A DNA stretch of 64,000 nt from Candidatus Omnitrophota bacterium (GTDB lineage Bacteria; Omnitrophota; Gorgyraeia; Zapsychrales; Zapsychraceae), in contig JANQMA010000032.1 in assembly GCA_028280285.1 (NCBI GenBank), positions 17,091-81,090 on the forward strand, given 5' to 3'. Below, one piece after another: positions 37,061-47,060 of the stretch (its first letter is position 1; every line of letters starts with the position of its first letter). The notes under the pieces are model-generated. The model saw nothing but the letters and a program-made list of their open reading frames with translations, searched no databases and was not told where the DNA came from. A program made the position numbers and the translations under genes.

Positions 37061-38321
37061 TAAAAAACCCCTCCGGCAATTTAACCATCCGTTTAGCAAA
37101 TTTATCCATAAATGACGGTGCCCGTTTACTTATTTTCCATTGCCCTGAAATACTACCAGCCTCATTTTGACCAGTTTGTTCGAATTTAAACACATTATGC
37201 AGCATCACTCTGTCACTCGTTTCATCATAAATAAGATCTGTTACGGCTGTCACACGCCGTTTACCATCCATAAAAAGTTCAACATGAACAATGAGATCCA
37301 TCGCCCGCGCCACTTGTTTGCGAATCTCAGCGGTCGATAAATTAATACCCGTCATAAGCATCATAGAAACCATGCGGTTAAAACAGTCAAGTGGACTTTC
37401 CGCATGGACAATCGCAAGTGAACCGCTATGCCCACTGCTGATTGATTGAATCAGATCAAGCATTTCATGCCCACGGACCTCACCGACAATAATGCGATCG
37501 GGACGCATACGCAAAGAGTTAACAAATAAATCGCGCATCGTAATCTCACCCTTACCTTCAATGTTCGCCGGTTTTGAGGCAAGCGAGACAACGTGCTCCT
37601 GCAGAAGATTAAGCTCCGGCGTATCTTCAATAGTGATGATACGTTCCTGCTCAGGGATATCCCGCGAAAAGACATTCATAATCGTTGTCTTCCCTGCCCC
37701 CGTCGAACCACAGTAAATCACATTAAGCTTGGCCTTCATCGCCGCTGATAAAAATGTTGCGATTTGTTTATCAAACATGCCGAGCGTTAAAAGATCATCG
37801 ACACTGCCAATATCATCTTTAAATTTACGAATGGTTACAACAGGCCCTACCACCGCACAGGGCGGCAAAATAATATTAACCCGTGAGCCATCAACAAGCG
37901 AAAAGTCCACATAAGGCTGCGATTCATCCACACGCTTGTTGGAACCGGATGATGCTAAAAGTTTTTGCACCGTATGCATCAGTTGCGCATTGCTTTCAAA
38001 CTGCACATCCGTGAGTGTAATACGCCCAGCACGTTGAATATAAATCTGATGGGCGCCGTTAATCATAATCTCTGTAATCGACTCATCTTCCATTAAAGGA
38101 CGCAAAGGCCCCAAACTCATCCCGGCACTGACAAGCTCGCGGACAATGGCCATGCGCTGATCATCGGTCAGTTCAATATCCTTAACCTTGCACATTGCAA
38201 GAATCTTTTCATTTAAGAAAAAGCGCAATTGATCCTCATTCATTTCGTCTTTTTCTTGGACGTAATTTGTTTCGCGGATCAAATACGCATTAAATTTTTG
38301 TTTAAACTCATGGTTGTCCAT
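37053..38321 (-). CDS. CpaF/TadA family pilus-assembly ATPase
   Basis: ITEIMING, RVDESQPYVD, TIRKF, GSTGAGKTT, IEDTPEL, LRMRPDRIIVGEVRG. Confidence 0.92.
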   Translation of the reverse strand: MDNHEFKQKFNAYLIRETNYVQEKDEMNEDQLRFFLNEKILAMCKVKDIELTDDQRMAIVRELVSAGMSLGPLRPLMEDESITEIMINGAHQIYIQRAGRITLTDVQFESNAQLMHTVQKLLASSGSNKRVDESQPYVDFSLVDGSRVNIILPPCAVVGPVVTIRKFKDDIGSVDDLLTLGMFDKQIATFLSAAMKAKLNVIYCGSTGAGKTTIMNVFSRDIPEQERIITIEDTPELNLLQEHVVSLASKPANIEGKGEITMRDLFVNSLRMRPDRIIVGEVRGHEMLDLIQSISSGHSGSLAIVHAESPLDCFNRMVSMMLMTGINLSTAEIRKQVARAMDLIVHVELFMDGKRRVTAVTDLIYDETSDRVMLHNVFKFEQTGQNEAGSISGQWKISKRAPSFMDKFAKRMVKLPEGFFSG

Positions 38322-38351
38322 CTTTTTAATCCTCTGGATTAAATTTCGTCA

Positions 38352-39455
38352 TTAAGGAAACAGTGATCGAATCTTTTCAAAAACCCCAAAACGCGCAAAG
38401 TCATTATAAAAAACAAACAAGGCCAGCAAGATAATCAAACTAAAACCAAATCGCGCAATATACTCATCAATTTTAGGTGGCAGCGCACCGCCTCTAATCT
38501 TTTCAACAGCCATTAAAAACAAATGGCCGCCGTCAAGCGGTATGATCGGAAGTAAATTAAAAATCGCCAAACTCGCACTAATAACTCCTGTAATAAAAAG
38601 CAAGTGTGCCAGCCCTAATTCCGCCGCTGATTTAACAATATAAAAAATACCAACCGGGCCCGTTAAATTTTCCTTAGCCGGCATGCTGCCGGTTGCCATA
38701 TACCACAAGGATTTATACGTCATAGCCGTAATCTCATACAGCTTTTCCCAAGCCTTTACAACCGATTCACCAAAACCGTATTTTAAAGCAATAATATCCC
38801 GCGCCGGGCTTATACCGACCATTCGTCTTTCTTTAAGCTGTCCGAAAATATTTTTCATTTCACTGACCTTCGGTGTAATAACAATGGTTTGCTGTATGCC
38901 ATTGCGTTCAATAATAAGATCAATGGTTTCTCCCTTAGAATTAGCAATTGTTGTTTGAATATCCGTCCAACTTTCCGTAGGTATTCCATTAATCACTTTA
39001 ATGTCATCACCTATCTGAAGCCCCGCTTCAATTGCTGGATAATCGTTGACCAACTCTCCAACACGCGTCGATAAATCCGGATAACCGAGCATAAAAACAA
39101 AAACAAAACAGAGATAGGCAAAAACAAAATTGACGAGCGGCCCATTAAAAACAATAAACGCGCGTTTAGATAAAGATGTTGAATAATATTCACCAGGCGC
39201 TCCAGTGCACTTTTCTCTTTCTTCTCCAGCCATACGGACATAACCACCAAGCAAATAAGCCTTGATAAGATATGTTGTGCCATTGTAATGTTTCGACCAT
39301 AATGTCGGACCAAAACCAACAGCAAATTCTTTAACATCAACACCGTTCTTTTTAGCCGCAATAAAATGCCCCCACTCATGCACAACAACAAGAATGCTAA
39401 GTACAATAATAAAAACAATAATCCCCCACGTATTTGACAAAAGACCTTCTAGCAT
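38352..39455 (-). CDS. rseP: RIP metalloprotease RseP
   Basis: HEWGH, GGYVRM, GPLVN, PDZ domain, NLLPIIPLDGGH. Confidence 0.95.
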   Translation of the reverse strand: MLEGLLSNTWGIIVFIIVLSILVVVHEWGHFIAAKKNGVDVKEFAVGFGPTLWSKHYNGTTYLIKAYLLGGYVRMAGEEREKCTGAPGEYYSTSLSKRAFIVFNGPLVNFVFAYLCFVFVFMLGYPDLSTRVGELVNDYPAIEAGLQIGDDIKVINGIPTESWTDIQTTIANSKGETIDLIIERNGIQQTIVITPKVSEMKNIFGQLKERRMVGISPARDIIALKYGFGESVVKAWEKLYEITAMTYKSLWYMATGSMPAKENLTGPVGIFYIVKSAAELGLAHLLFITGVISASLAIFNLLPIIPLDGGHLFLMAVEKIRGGALPPKIDEYIARFGFSLIILLALFVFYNDFARFGVFEKIRSLFP

Positions 39456-40610
39456 TTATCTATCCAAAACCTTTCTTGTTTCACTCCGCGCCCAATCATC
39501 GGCGGCGATAATTTGCTTGAGTGTTGGTTTTTTAATAATTTTGTGTTTACGCACAATTCTTTCCACAACATCATAAATCTTAGTAAACTTTAACTTACCG
39601 TTTAGATAAGCCTCAACAGCGACTTCATCCGCCGCATTCAAAACACTCGGCAGCGTCCCTCCCTTTCGGCCGACATACATACAGAGACCAAGCGACGGAA
39701 ACTTTTTCATATCCGGTTTTTCAAATGTCAACTTTGCCAGTTTGCAAAAATCAATCTGTTTAAGCCCCACATCCAGACGTTCGGGATATGTTAATGCATA
39801 TTGAATCGGAATACGCATATCCGTCACACCTAGTTGTGCCATAATCGATCCATCCTTGTATTCAATCATCGAATGAATAATCGACTGTGGATGAATCAAC
39901 ACTTCAATATCTTTTATATCCAAATTAAAAAGCGCCTGCGCCTCTAAAACCTCAAATCCCTTATTCATGAGCGTCGCCGAATCGATGGTAATTTTATCAC
40001 CCATCTTCCACGTCGGATGCTTAAGCATTTGCTTAACACTCAGCTTATTGAACTTTGCTTTAGGCACATCACGCAGCGTGCCGCCCGAGGCCGTTAAATA
40101 CACACGCTTTAAATCTTCCCGACGGTTACCCTCCAGGCATTGAAAGATTGCGCTCTGCTCACTGTCCACCGGAACAATCGTAGCCCCGTTTTGACGGGCC
40201 GCTTTCATGAGAATATCCCCGGCCACAACCAGGGCCTCTTTATTCGCCGGGGCAATGGTTTTGCCGGCGCGTGCCGCGGCCAAAAAGGGCTCAAGCGCCG
40301 CGCTGCCGCGCATCCCGATCACAACCACATCCACACCCCGTTGACTAACCATTCCCTCAAGATCACCATCGACATTGAGGATTCTGGTTTTGCGCGTATT
40401 AATTCTTTTCCTTAAGTACTGCGCTGCTCTTTCTGTCGCCGCAACGTATTTAGGATTGAACTCTTTAATTTGTTTTTCAAGGAGCGTGTGATTGTTATAC
40501 GCCGTTAATCCGTAAACATTGAACTTCTCTCTGTAGCGTTTAACAACCTTTAATGTATTTATCCCAATCGAACCTGTCGAGCCTAGAATAACAACATTTT
40601 TCCGTTTCAT
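39456..40610 (-). CDS. dxr: 1-deoxy-D-xylulose 5-phosphate reductoisomerase
   Basis: ILGSTGSIG, ANKE, PVDSE, LTASGG, KITIDSATLMNKG; start moved to ATG 40610. Confidence 0.96.
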   Translation of the reverse strand: MKRKNVVILGSTGSIGINTLKVVKRYREKFNVYGLTAYNNHTLLEKQIKEFNPKYVAATERAAQYLRKRINTRKTRILNVDGDLEGMVSQRGVDVVVIGMRGSAALEPFLAAARAGKTIAPANKEALVVAGDILMKAARQNGATIVPVDSEQSAIFQCLEGNRREDLKRVYLTASGGTLRDVPKAKFNKLSVKQMLKHPTWKMGDKITIDSATLMNKGFEVLEAQALFNLDIKDIEVLIHPQSIIHSMIEYKDGSIMAQLGVTDMRIPIQYALTYPERLDVGLKQIDFCKLAKLTFEKPDMKKFPSLGLCMYVGRKGGTLPSVLNAADEVAVEAYLNGKLKFTKIYDVVERIVRKHKIIKKPTLKQIIAADDWARSETRKVLDR

Positions 40611-40612
40611 AC

Positions 40613-41437
40613 TTATCCGGCCTGCAATAGCGCACTCATATAAAAATAAAAAGCCGGCGCGCAAAAAAGTAAACTGTCAATGGTATCTAATATCCCGCCA
40701 AACGCTGGAATCACATTGCCTGAATCCTTAACATTACAATCCCTTTTAATCAGTGATTCCGCCAAATCTCCCATTTGCCCGAGTGTGCCGAAAAACACGC
40801 CGAGAAAAATGATATGCCACGTCGGAAAATCAAGATAATTCGGCAAAAACGGACTGCATACAAGTGCCGCCAATAAACTGAACAAAATACCACCCAAATA
40901 CCCTTCAATGGTTTTCTTGGGACTGACCCGTGGCATGAGCGGTGTTTTTCCAAAACGTGATCCCACAATCAGCGCCCCGATATCGGCAATCTTTGTCACA
41001 ATGAGTATAAACGCGAGAAGTTTAACACCCTGCACGCCAGGCAGCATCATGCGAATCTTAATCAGATAACTGAAAAACCAGGACACATACAAAATACCGA
41101 ATAAAGTCGCCGAAATACCAATAATCGCATCGGTCGTATGATTTTTGGCAAACTGGAGTAAAAACGTGATCAAAAAAACAATGAGAATAAAAAACGAATC
41201 CCAGCGTCCGCCCAATTGCCATTCAAAAAAGATCGACAGCGGAATAGCTGCCCCAACAAGCAACCCAGTATTGCGAAAAACATGAATATCTTTAAGTTTA
41301 ATAATCGAGTAGAATTCAAATAAAGCAGTCGTCGATAAACCCAGGACAACAATGATAAAAAACCATTTATTAACAACCGCAAGGATCGTTAGCCCAATGA
41401 TGAGTGTCGCGCTGAAAAACCGCTCCTTACTAACCAA
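40613..41437 (-). CDS. cdsA: Phosphatidate cytidylyltransferase
   Basis: SPKKTIEG, GDLAESLIKR...KDSG..IP..GGILD..DS. Confidence 0.95.
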   Translation of the reverse strand: MVSKERFFSATLIIGLTILAVVNKWFFIIVVLGLSTTALFEFYSIIKLKDIHVFRNTGLLVGAAIPLSIFFEWQLGGRWDSFFILIVFLITFLLQFAKNHTTDAIIGISATLFGILYVSWFFSYLIKIRMMLPGVQGVKLLAFILIVTKIADIGALIVGSRFGKTPLMPRVSPKKTIEGYLGGILFSLLAALVCSPFLPNYLDFPTWHIIFLGVFFGTLGQMGDLAESLIKRDCNVKDSGNVIPAFGGILDTIDSLLFCAPAFYFYMSALLQAG

Positions 41438-41438
41438 A

Positions 41439-42170
41439 CTACTTTACCTCATGTTTAACACCGCCGAACCGGCGCTCTCTATTTTGAAAATCAATAATCG
41501 CTTTATGAAATTCTTTTGTATCAAATTCCGGCCAAAATTTATCCGAAAAATAAAGCTCAGCATAAGACAATTGCCACAGTAAAAAATTACTAATACGAAT
41601 CTCTCCTGATGTGCGAATCAGAAGATCCGGATCCGGCAGACCCTTTGTATAAAGGGCATTGCTTACCATCTCTTCATTGATCTGATCAACCGTAATGTCC
41701 TTATCCTCTACTCTTTGTGCAATATCACGTACGGCATCAACAATCTCCATTCTTGAACCGTAATTAAAAGCAAGGTTAAGAATAAGGCCATCATTATCTT
41801 TTGTTGTTTCAATCGCATTTTTCATCGTGCTCAATACAGGCTCCGGCACCCGGGCCCATTTGCCGATGATTTGAAAACGTATATTATCTTCACAAAGCTT
41901 TTTTAACTTCTGCACCAGAACCGCATCGAGAATGTTCATAATGAGCGAGACTTCCGTGCGTGGCCTTTTCCAGTTTTCGGTTGAGAACGTGTAAAGCGTA
42001 AGCACCTTAACACCCAGTTGACGTGCCTCATCGAGGAGCTCTTCAACCCGCTTAACCCCTTCAACATGACCCTTAGCCCGTGCTAAATTCTGACTTTCGG
42101 CCCAACGTCCGTTTCCATCCAAGATGATGGCTATATGCTGAGGGACATGATCAGGATCTATTTTGTTCAT
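41439..42170 (-). CDS. uppS: Undecaprenyl diphosphate synthase
   Basis: HIAIILDGNGRWA, FSTENWKRP, NYGSR, DLLIRTSGE.RISNFLLWQ. Confidence 0.96.
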   Translation of the reverse strand: MNKIDPDHVPQHIAIILDGNGRWAESQNLARAKGHVEGVKRVEELLDEARQLGVKVLTLYTFSTENWKRPRTEVSLIMNILDAVLVQKLKKLCEDNIRFQIIGKWARVPEPVLSTMKNAIETTKDNDGLILNLAFNYGSRMEIVDAVRDIAQRVEDKDITVDQINEEMVSNALYTKGLPDPDLLIRTSGEIRISNFLLWQLSYAELYFSDKFWPEFDTKEFHKAIIDFQNRERRFGGVKHEVK

Positions 42171-42178
42171 TTCAATGA

Positions 42179-42253
42179 AAGCGTCGTTGGTCATTAGTCT
42201 TTAGTCATTCGTCCTCCAATGACTAATGACCAACGACTAACGGCCAGCTGCTA
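42179..42253. repeat. 75-nt periodic palindrome (TTRGTCA unit), copy 2
   Basis: 67/75 identical to 13578-13652, same orientation. Confidence 0.9.
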
Positions 42254-42283
42254 TATAATTTTACTTTTCAGATCGCTATTAAT

Positions 42284-42313
42284 GAAAATGGGGGATCATT
42301 CAGTCCCCCATTC
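42284..42313 (-). terminator. Probable intrinsic terminator
   Basis: Minus strand AATGGGGGA-CTGAATGA-TCCCCCATT-TTC. Confidence 0.55.
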
Positions 42314-42344
42314 GTAAAAGCTCATCGTAGCCTTAAGTTGCCGT

Positions 42345-42731
42345 TTACTCTAACCCAGGTATCGTAGCTGTTTTATTCGCTAAATCAGGCGTATCACCCA
42401 GACGCCCCTGAAGCTCGGTTACTTGCTGTTCTAAAGCGGCCTTTAACTGCTCAAATTGGCTTACCTTACCTTCCAACTCAGATGCTTTTGAGTCAGCCAA
42501 TGTTAAACGGGCCTCTAAATTTTTCAGCTTAGTATGAGACTTATCTAATTGCAATGTCAGCGATGATACTTGACTTTGCGCTTTTTCCAAACCCTCTTCG
42601 GCCACCATACGTTGATATCTTTCTTGCGATAGCTCATTCTGTGCTTGCGCTGCTTGCCTGTGCGAATTATAAACAACACCTGCCCCAAAAGCCAGTGCTG
42701 TGATGATAAGAAATGTAAGAAGAACCCTCAT
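42345..42731 (-). CDS. Membrane-anchored coiled-coil hypothetical protein
   Basis: N-terminal TM/signal followed by a heptad-rich helix. Confidence 0.75.
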   Translation of the reverse strand: MRVLLTFLIITALAFGAGVVYNSHRQAAQAQNELSQERYQRMVAEEGLEKAQSQVSSLTLQLDKSHTKLKNLEARLTLADSKASELEGKVSQFEQLKAALEQQVTELQGRLGDTPDLANKTATIPGLE

Positions 42732-42749
42732 TGTTTTTCCTTTCTGAAA

Positions 42750-43361
42750 TTATCTTTCTTTCTGTAAATCTTCCGGTAAAATAACAATTTCTACACGACG
42801 ATTTTTCTGTCTACCTTCTTTTGTATTGTTTTTCGCGATCGGATAAAATTCACCATAAGCAACAGCGGATAGGCGCGTCGGTTTGATTTTACGTTCATCC
42901 ACCAAGAAATGCAGCACACTCAGTGCCCGCGCCGATGAGAGCTCCCAATTGGATTTCCATCCGGAATGTTTAATCGGCACATTGTCCGTATGCCCTTCAA
43001 TCCCAACATCCAGATCCTTAACCGTTGTACTTAAAACACGCGCTACTTTACTAAGCTTATCAATCGAGTCTTCGCGTAACTCGGCTTTACCTGAATCAAA
43101 AAGGACCTCGCCGACAAAGGTGATGACAAGCCCCTTTTCAAGCATTTCAACCTTTACTTCTTTGTCATTAATCTCATTTTTAAGCCGGTTCTCTAAATCC
43201 TGCTTGGCCCGCTCCAAATCTGTCAATTCACTCTTTAATTTCGAAATTTTTTCCACATCAACGCGGCGGCCCTTCTGAAAAATAAATGTACAGCCTGTCA
43301 TGGAAAAAACAACCGTTAAAATAGCAATATATGTAAGAGTTTGTCTTAAACACTTAAGCAT
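42750..43361 (-). CDS. OmpA/MotB-family peptidoglycan-binding lipoprotein with coiled coil
   Basis: Lipobox MTGC; LFDSG, IEGHTDN, NWELSSARA, NRRVEI. Confidence 0.9.
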   Translation of the reverse strand: MLKCLRQTLTYIAILTVVFSMTGCTFIFQKGRRVDVEKISKLKSELTDLERAKQDLENRLKNEINDKEVKVEMLEKGLVITFVGEVLFDSGKAELREDSIDKLSKVARVLSTTVKDLDVGIEGHTDNVPIKHSGWKSNWELSSARALSVLHFLVDERKIKPTRLSAVAYGEFYPIAKNNTKEGRQKNRRVEIVILPEDLQKER

Positions 43362-43483
43362 TGAAGCCTCCTTATTAAATCCTCTAAAAACAGGTTAATT
43401 GGCAGTGTACAGATTAACATAGCCGATTTTTAAAGTCAAGATTAATATAGCGACAACTTGATGCCCTACAACAAGATACGTTT

Positions 43484-44755
43484 CTAACGCATAATTATTT
43501 CACTGCGTTTGGTCCCGACCGAAATATACTTAACCCGAACCCCCAGAAGCTCTTCTAGGCGCTTGATATAGTTGCGGGCATTAACCGGCAATTGGGTAAA
43601 TTTGCGGGCCTTGGTGGTCGGCTTATCCCAGCCAGGCAGCGTCTCATAGACAGGTTTACTTTTGACCAACTTTTCATAATCTGTTGGAAAATCACGGTAT
43701 ATTTTTCCTTTATACTTATAGCCCGTGCAGATTTTGATTTTATCAAGCCCATCCAAAACATCGAGCTTCATAATCGCCAGCTCACCGATGCCATTCACAA
43801 TAACAGAATACTTGACCAAAACCGCATCAAACCAGCCGCAGCGCCGCGGCCGGCCTGTCGTGGCCCCATATTCATTCCCTTTTTTGCGGATAAAATCATT
43901 TTGTTTGGATGTAAATTCTGTTGGAAAAGGCCCTTCACCGACCCTTGTTGTATAGGCCTTAACACAGGCAATAGACTTATCAATCTTGGTTGGGGCAACA
44001 CCACTTCCCGAACAAACCCCTCCCACAATTGAATTAGAAGAAGTCACAAACGGATAGGTGCCGAAATCTATATCAAGAAAAGTCCCCTGTGCCCCTTCAA
44101 ACAAAACCTTTTTCTTCTTATCGATTTCCTTATTAATATAAAGCACTGTATCTTCGACATACGGTTTTAACTTTTTCCCGTAGGCTAAATACTCTTTGTA
44201 GATTTTCTCAAGCTTATAATTTTTCTGTCCGAATACCTTACGGAAAGTTTCATTCTTTTCTCTTAAATTATCGGCAAGCTTGGCGCGAAAGACACGTGGA
44301 TTAAGAAGATCAACCATACGGATACCGCAGCGTGTCACTTTATCCGCATAACATGGACCGATACCACGCCCTGTAGTTCCGATTTTATTTTTTCGTTTTT
44401 GTTCACGCAAGCCATCAAGCACGCGATGATACGGCATAACAATATGGCAACGATCGGAAATCTTCAGTTTTTTGGGACTTACTTTAAGACCTTTGGCAGC
44501 CAATTCATCGATCTCGGCCAGCAAGGCCTTCGGGTCAACCACAACCCCATTACCGATGACACAGCTTTTCCCCTTATGGAGTATCGCCGACGGCAAAAGA
44601 TGAAAGACATACTCTTTATCTTCTACCACAACCGTATGCCCTGCATTATTTCCTCCTTGATAGCGGACGGTCACATCGCATTTCTCAGATAAGATGTCGA
44701 TTAACTTTCCCTTACCTTCATCACCCCATTGGGCCCCAACAACAACTGTATTCAT
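43484..44755 (-). CDS. purA: Adenylosuccinate synthetase
   Basis: GAQWGDEGKGK, GGNNAGHT, IGTTGRGIGP, EGAQG, GATTGRPRRCGW. Confidence 0.98.
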   Translation of the reverse strand: MNTVVVGAQWGDEGKGKLIDILSEKCDVTVRYQGGNNAGHTVVVEDKEYVFHLLPSAILHKGKSCVIGNGVVVDPKALLAEIDELAAKGLKVSPKKLKISDRCHIVMPYHRVLDGLREQKRKNKIGTTGRGIGPCYADKVTRCGIRMVDLLNPRVFRAKLADNLREKNETFRKVFGQKNYKLEKIYKEYLAYGKKLKPYVEDTVLYINKEIDKKKKVLFEGAQGTFLDIDFGTYPFVTSSNSIVGGVCSGSGVAPTKIDKSIACVKAYTTRVGEGPFPTEFTSKQNDFIRKKGNEYGATTGRPRRCGWFDAVLVKYSVIVNGIGELAIMKLDVLDGLDKIKICTGYKYKGKIYRDFPTDYEKLVKSKPVYETLPGWDKPTTKARKFTQLPVNARNYIKRLEELLGVRVKYISVGTKRSEIIMR

Positions 44756-44775
44756 GTCTTTCCCTTTTCTCTATT

Positions 44776-45456
44776 TTAACGAACGTATAAGAAACTTAAG
44801 CCCGCCGCCAAATATACAGCCGCAAGCACAACAACAAACATCCTTTGATAACTGACATTAAATTCACTCTGACTACTGCGTATCATCCGCATAACTTGAT
44901 CGACAATAATAAGAGGAAACAACAACACAAAAATATAGACGCCTAGAACGCTATAATAAGAAGCCCTGTCACGTGCAACAACAGCATCAATTAAAAACTG
45001 AAAAACAATCCTGTCATCAACCCAATCGACCGCAAGAAACGTTACTATAATAGCGGCCGCCACAGAAATCAACACAACAAACAAACATCTCTTTATGCCT
45101 TTTGTTTGCGGGGTTAAATATCTTAAATGAATGACAGAAATATCTTTACCCTGACACAACTTAAACCATTGAATAAAAAAGAACACTCCGCTGGCTATAA
45201 AAATGCCCGCCACAATCAAATAGCCGATATCCACAAAACCGATATCGACTAATACATAACGTACATACGCAAATAAATTCTGAAAAATCGAACAATATAA
45301 TAAGGCTACCAGAAAAATAAAAACCCTGCCGATAAGCCGGTGACTTTTTTTGTCCTGACCAAAGAATAAGAGCAACCCAAGTAATGTCAGCGCCACAATC
45401 ACACTACCGGGACTTAACAAATTGGTAAACCCGATAAGGAAAGTTTCCGTTAACAT
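44776..45456 (-). CDS. Hypothetical polytopic membrane protein
   Basis: About six TM segments; co-oriented and closely packed with its neighbours. Confidence 0.7.
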   Translation of the reverse strand: MLTETFLIGFTNLLSPGSVIVALTLLGLLLFFGQDKKSHRLIGRVFIFLVALLYCSIFQNLFAYVRYVLVDIGFVDIGYLIVAGIFIASGVFFFIQWFKLCQGKDISVIHLRYLTPQTKGIKRCLFVVLISVAAAIIVTFLAVDWVDDRIVFQFLIDAVVARDRASYYSVLGVYIFVLLFPLIIVDQVMRMIRSSQSEFNVSYQRMFVVVLAAVYLAAGLSFLYVR

Positions 45457-45464
45457 AGGATCAA

Positions 45465-47048
45465 TTAAACTTTGAGTTCCTTGATATAAGTCACGCCTTC
45501 AATATTACGCAGTTTTTCAACCACCTCTTGCGGAACTTCTCCGTCGGTATTAACCACACTACTCGCAATACCATCTTGCGCTTCGCGCCCAAGAGAGATC
45601 GCGGCAATATTAACATTGGCTTCAGCCAAAGCCGTGCCGATCGCTCCGACAAGACCCGGCTTATCCGTATTGTTGATAAAGAGCATATCACCCTCTGGCG
45701 TGCACTCGACATTAACATTTTTAACACGCACAATACGCGGCTCTTGATTAGCCGAAAGCGTTCCGAGAATACAAAACGGCTCTTTGTCTGTCAGAATGTC
45801 CATTTCAATGCTATTGACATAGGCAGATTCTTTATTGGAATTGATCTCCTCGACATTAATGCCGCGCTCTTTGGCCACACTAATGGCATTAATAGAATTA
45901 ATATCCTTACCCAAAATAGGCGTTAAGAGCCCGTTAATGGCTGATAAAGAAACCGATGCCGATTTATATTGTGTGACAACACCTGTATAGGTAAGTTTTA
46001 CATCTTTAATCCCTGATTGAATGAGCTGTCCGGCAAACTTACCCATTTTAAAGGCAAGGTCACAATAAGGCTGCAAGACCTTGTGTGTTTCGGCATCCAT
46101 CGACGGGAAATTAGCGGCATTGGCAATGCCGCGACCAAGTAGGGCATCGCGCACACATTCAGCAATTTCAATGGCCACATTAATCTGCGCCTCAGAGGTA
46201 GACGCGCCCAAATGCGGCGTTGTAATACAATTGTCTAATTTAAATAATGGATGATCAAAATCCGGTGGTTCTGTGGCATAGACATCAAGCGCGCATCCGG
46301 CAATTTTATTTTCCTCAAGCGCACGGACCAAAGCCTCTTCATCAATAATACCTCCACGCGCACAATTGATTAATCGCGCTGTTGGTTTCATTAAATCAAA
46401 TTCTTTATCGGAAATAAGATTGGCTGTCTCTTTTGTTTTAGGGATATGGAGTGTGATGTAATCAGCCTTTTTTAATAGATCCTCTAGTTCTACTTTTTCC
46501 ACAGCAAATTTGGCCGCCCTTTCATCCGTCAAGAATGGATCAAAAACACATATTTCCATGCCAAAGGCCTTGGCAAACTTAGCCACCGTTGAGCCAATAC
46601 GCCCAAAACCGATAACACCAAGTGTCTTGCCACGCAACTCAACACCGCCAAACTTTGAACGCTCCCACTTGCCTGATTTTAAAGAAGCACATGCCTGTGG
46701 TGTGTTGCGTGATAAAGAAAGGATTAAACTGAATGTCTGCTCAGCCGTTGATGTTGTGTTGCCGGCCGGCGTGTTCATGGCCACAACACCCTTTTTGGTG
46801 GCTGTCTCAAGATCAACATTATCCAGACCGACACCGGCACGCCCAATAACTTTTAAGTTTGCCGCATTATCAAGCACCTCGGCTGTCACGGTTGTTCCAC
46901 TGCGGATAATGAGACCGTCGTAATCCTTAATAACTTGTTTTAATTCTTCGGGGCTGATACCAAATTTGCAGTCAACCTGAAAACCGTCAACCGCCTCGAG
47001 TATGGCAACACCTTCGCGAGCTAATTTATCACTGATGAGAATTTTCAT
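45465..47048 (-). CDS. serA: D-3-phosphoglycerate dehydrogenase (ASB + ACT type)
   Basis: GRAGVGLDNVD, GFGRIG, NCARGG, TPHLGAST; C-terminal ACT (DKPGLVG). Confidence 0.96.
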   Translation of the reverse strand: MKILISDKLAREGVAILEAVDGFQVDCKFGISPEELKQVIKDYDGLIIRSGTTVTAEVLDNAANLKVIGRAGVGLDNVDLETATKKGVVAMNTPAGNTTSTAEQTFSLILSLSRNTPQACASLKSGKWERSKFGGVELRGKTLGVIGFGRIGSTVAKFAKAFGMEICVFDPFLTDERAAKFAVEKVELEDLLKKADYITLHIPKTKETANLISDKEFDLMKPTARLINCARGGIIDEEALVRALEENKIAGCALDVYATEPPDFDHPLFKLDNCITTPHLGASTSEAQINVAIEIAECVRDALLGRGIANAANFPSMDAETHKVLQPYCDLAFKMGKFAGQLIQSGIKDVKLTYTGVVTQYKSASVSLSAINGLLTPILGKDINSINAISVAKERGINVEEINSNKESAYVNSIEMDILTDKEPFCILGTLSANQEPRIVRVKNVNVECTPEGDMLFINNTDKPGLVGAIGTALAEANVNIAAISLGREAQDGIASSVVNTDGEVPQEVVEKLRNIEGVTYIKELKV

Positions 47049-47060
47049 TTTATCGTCTTT

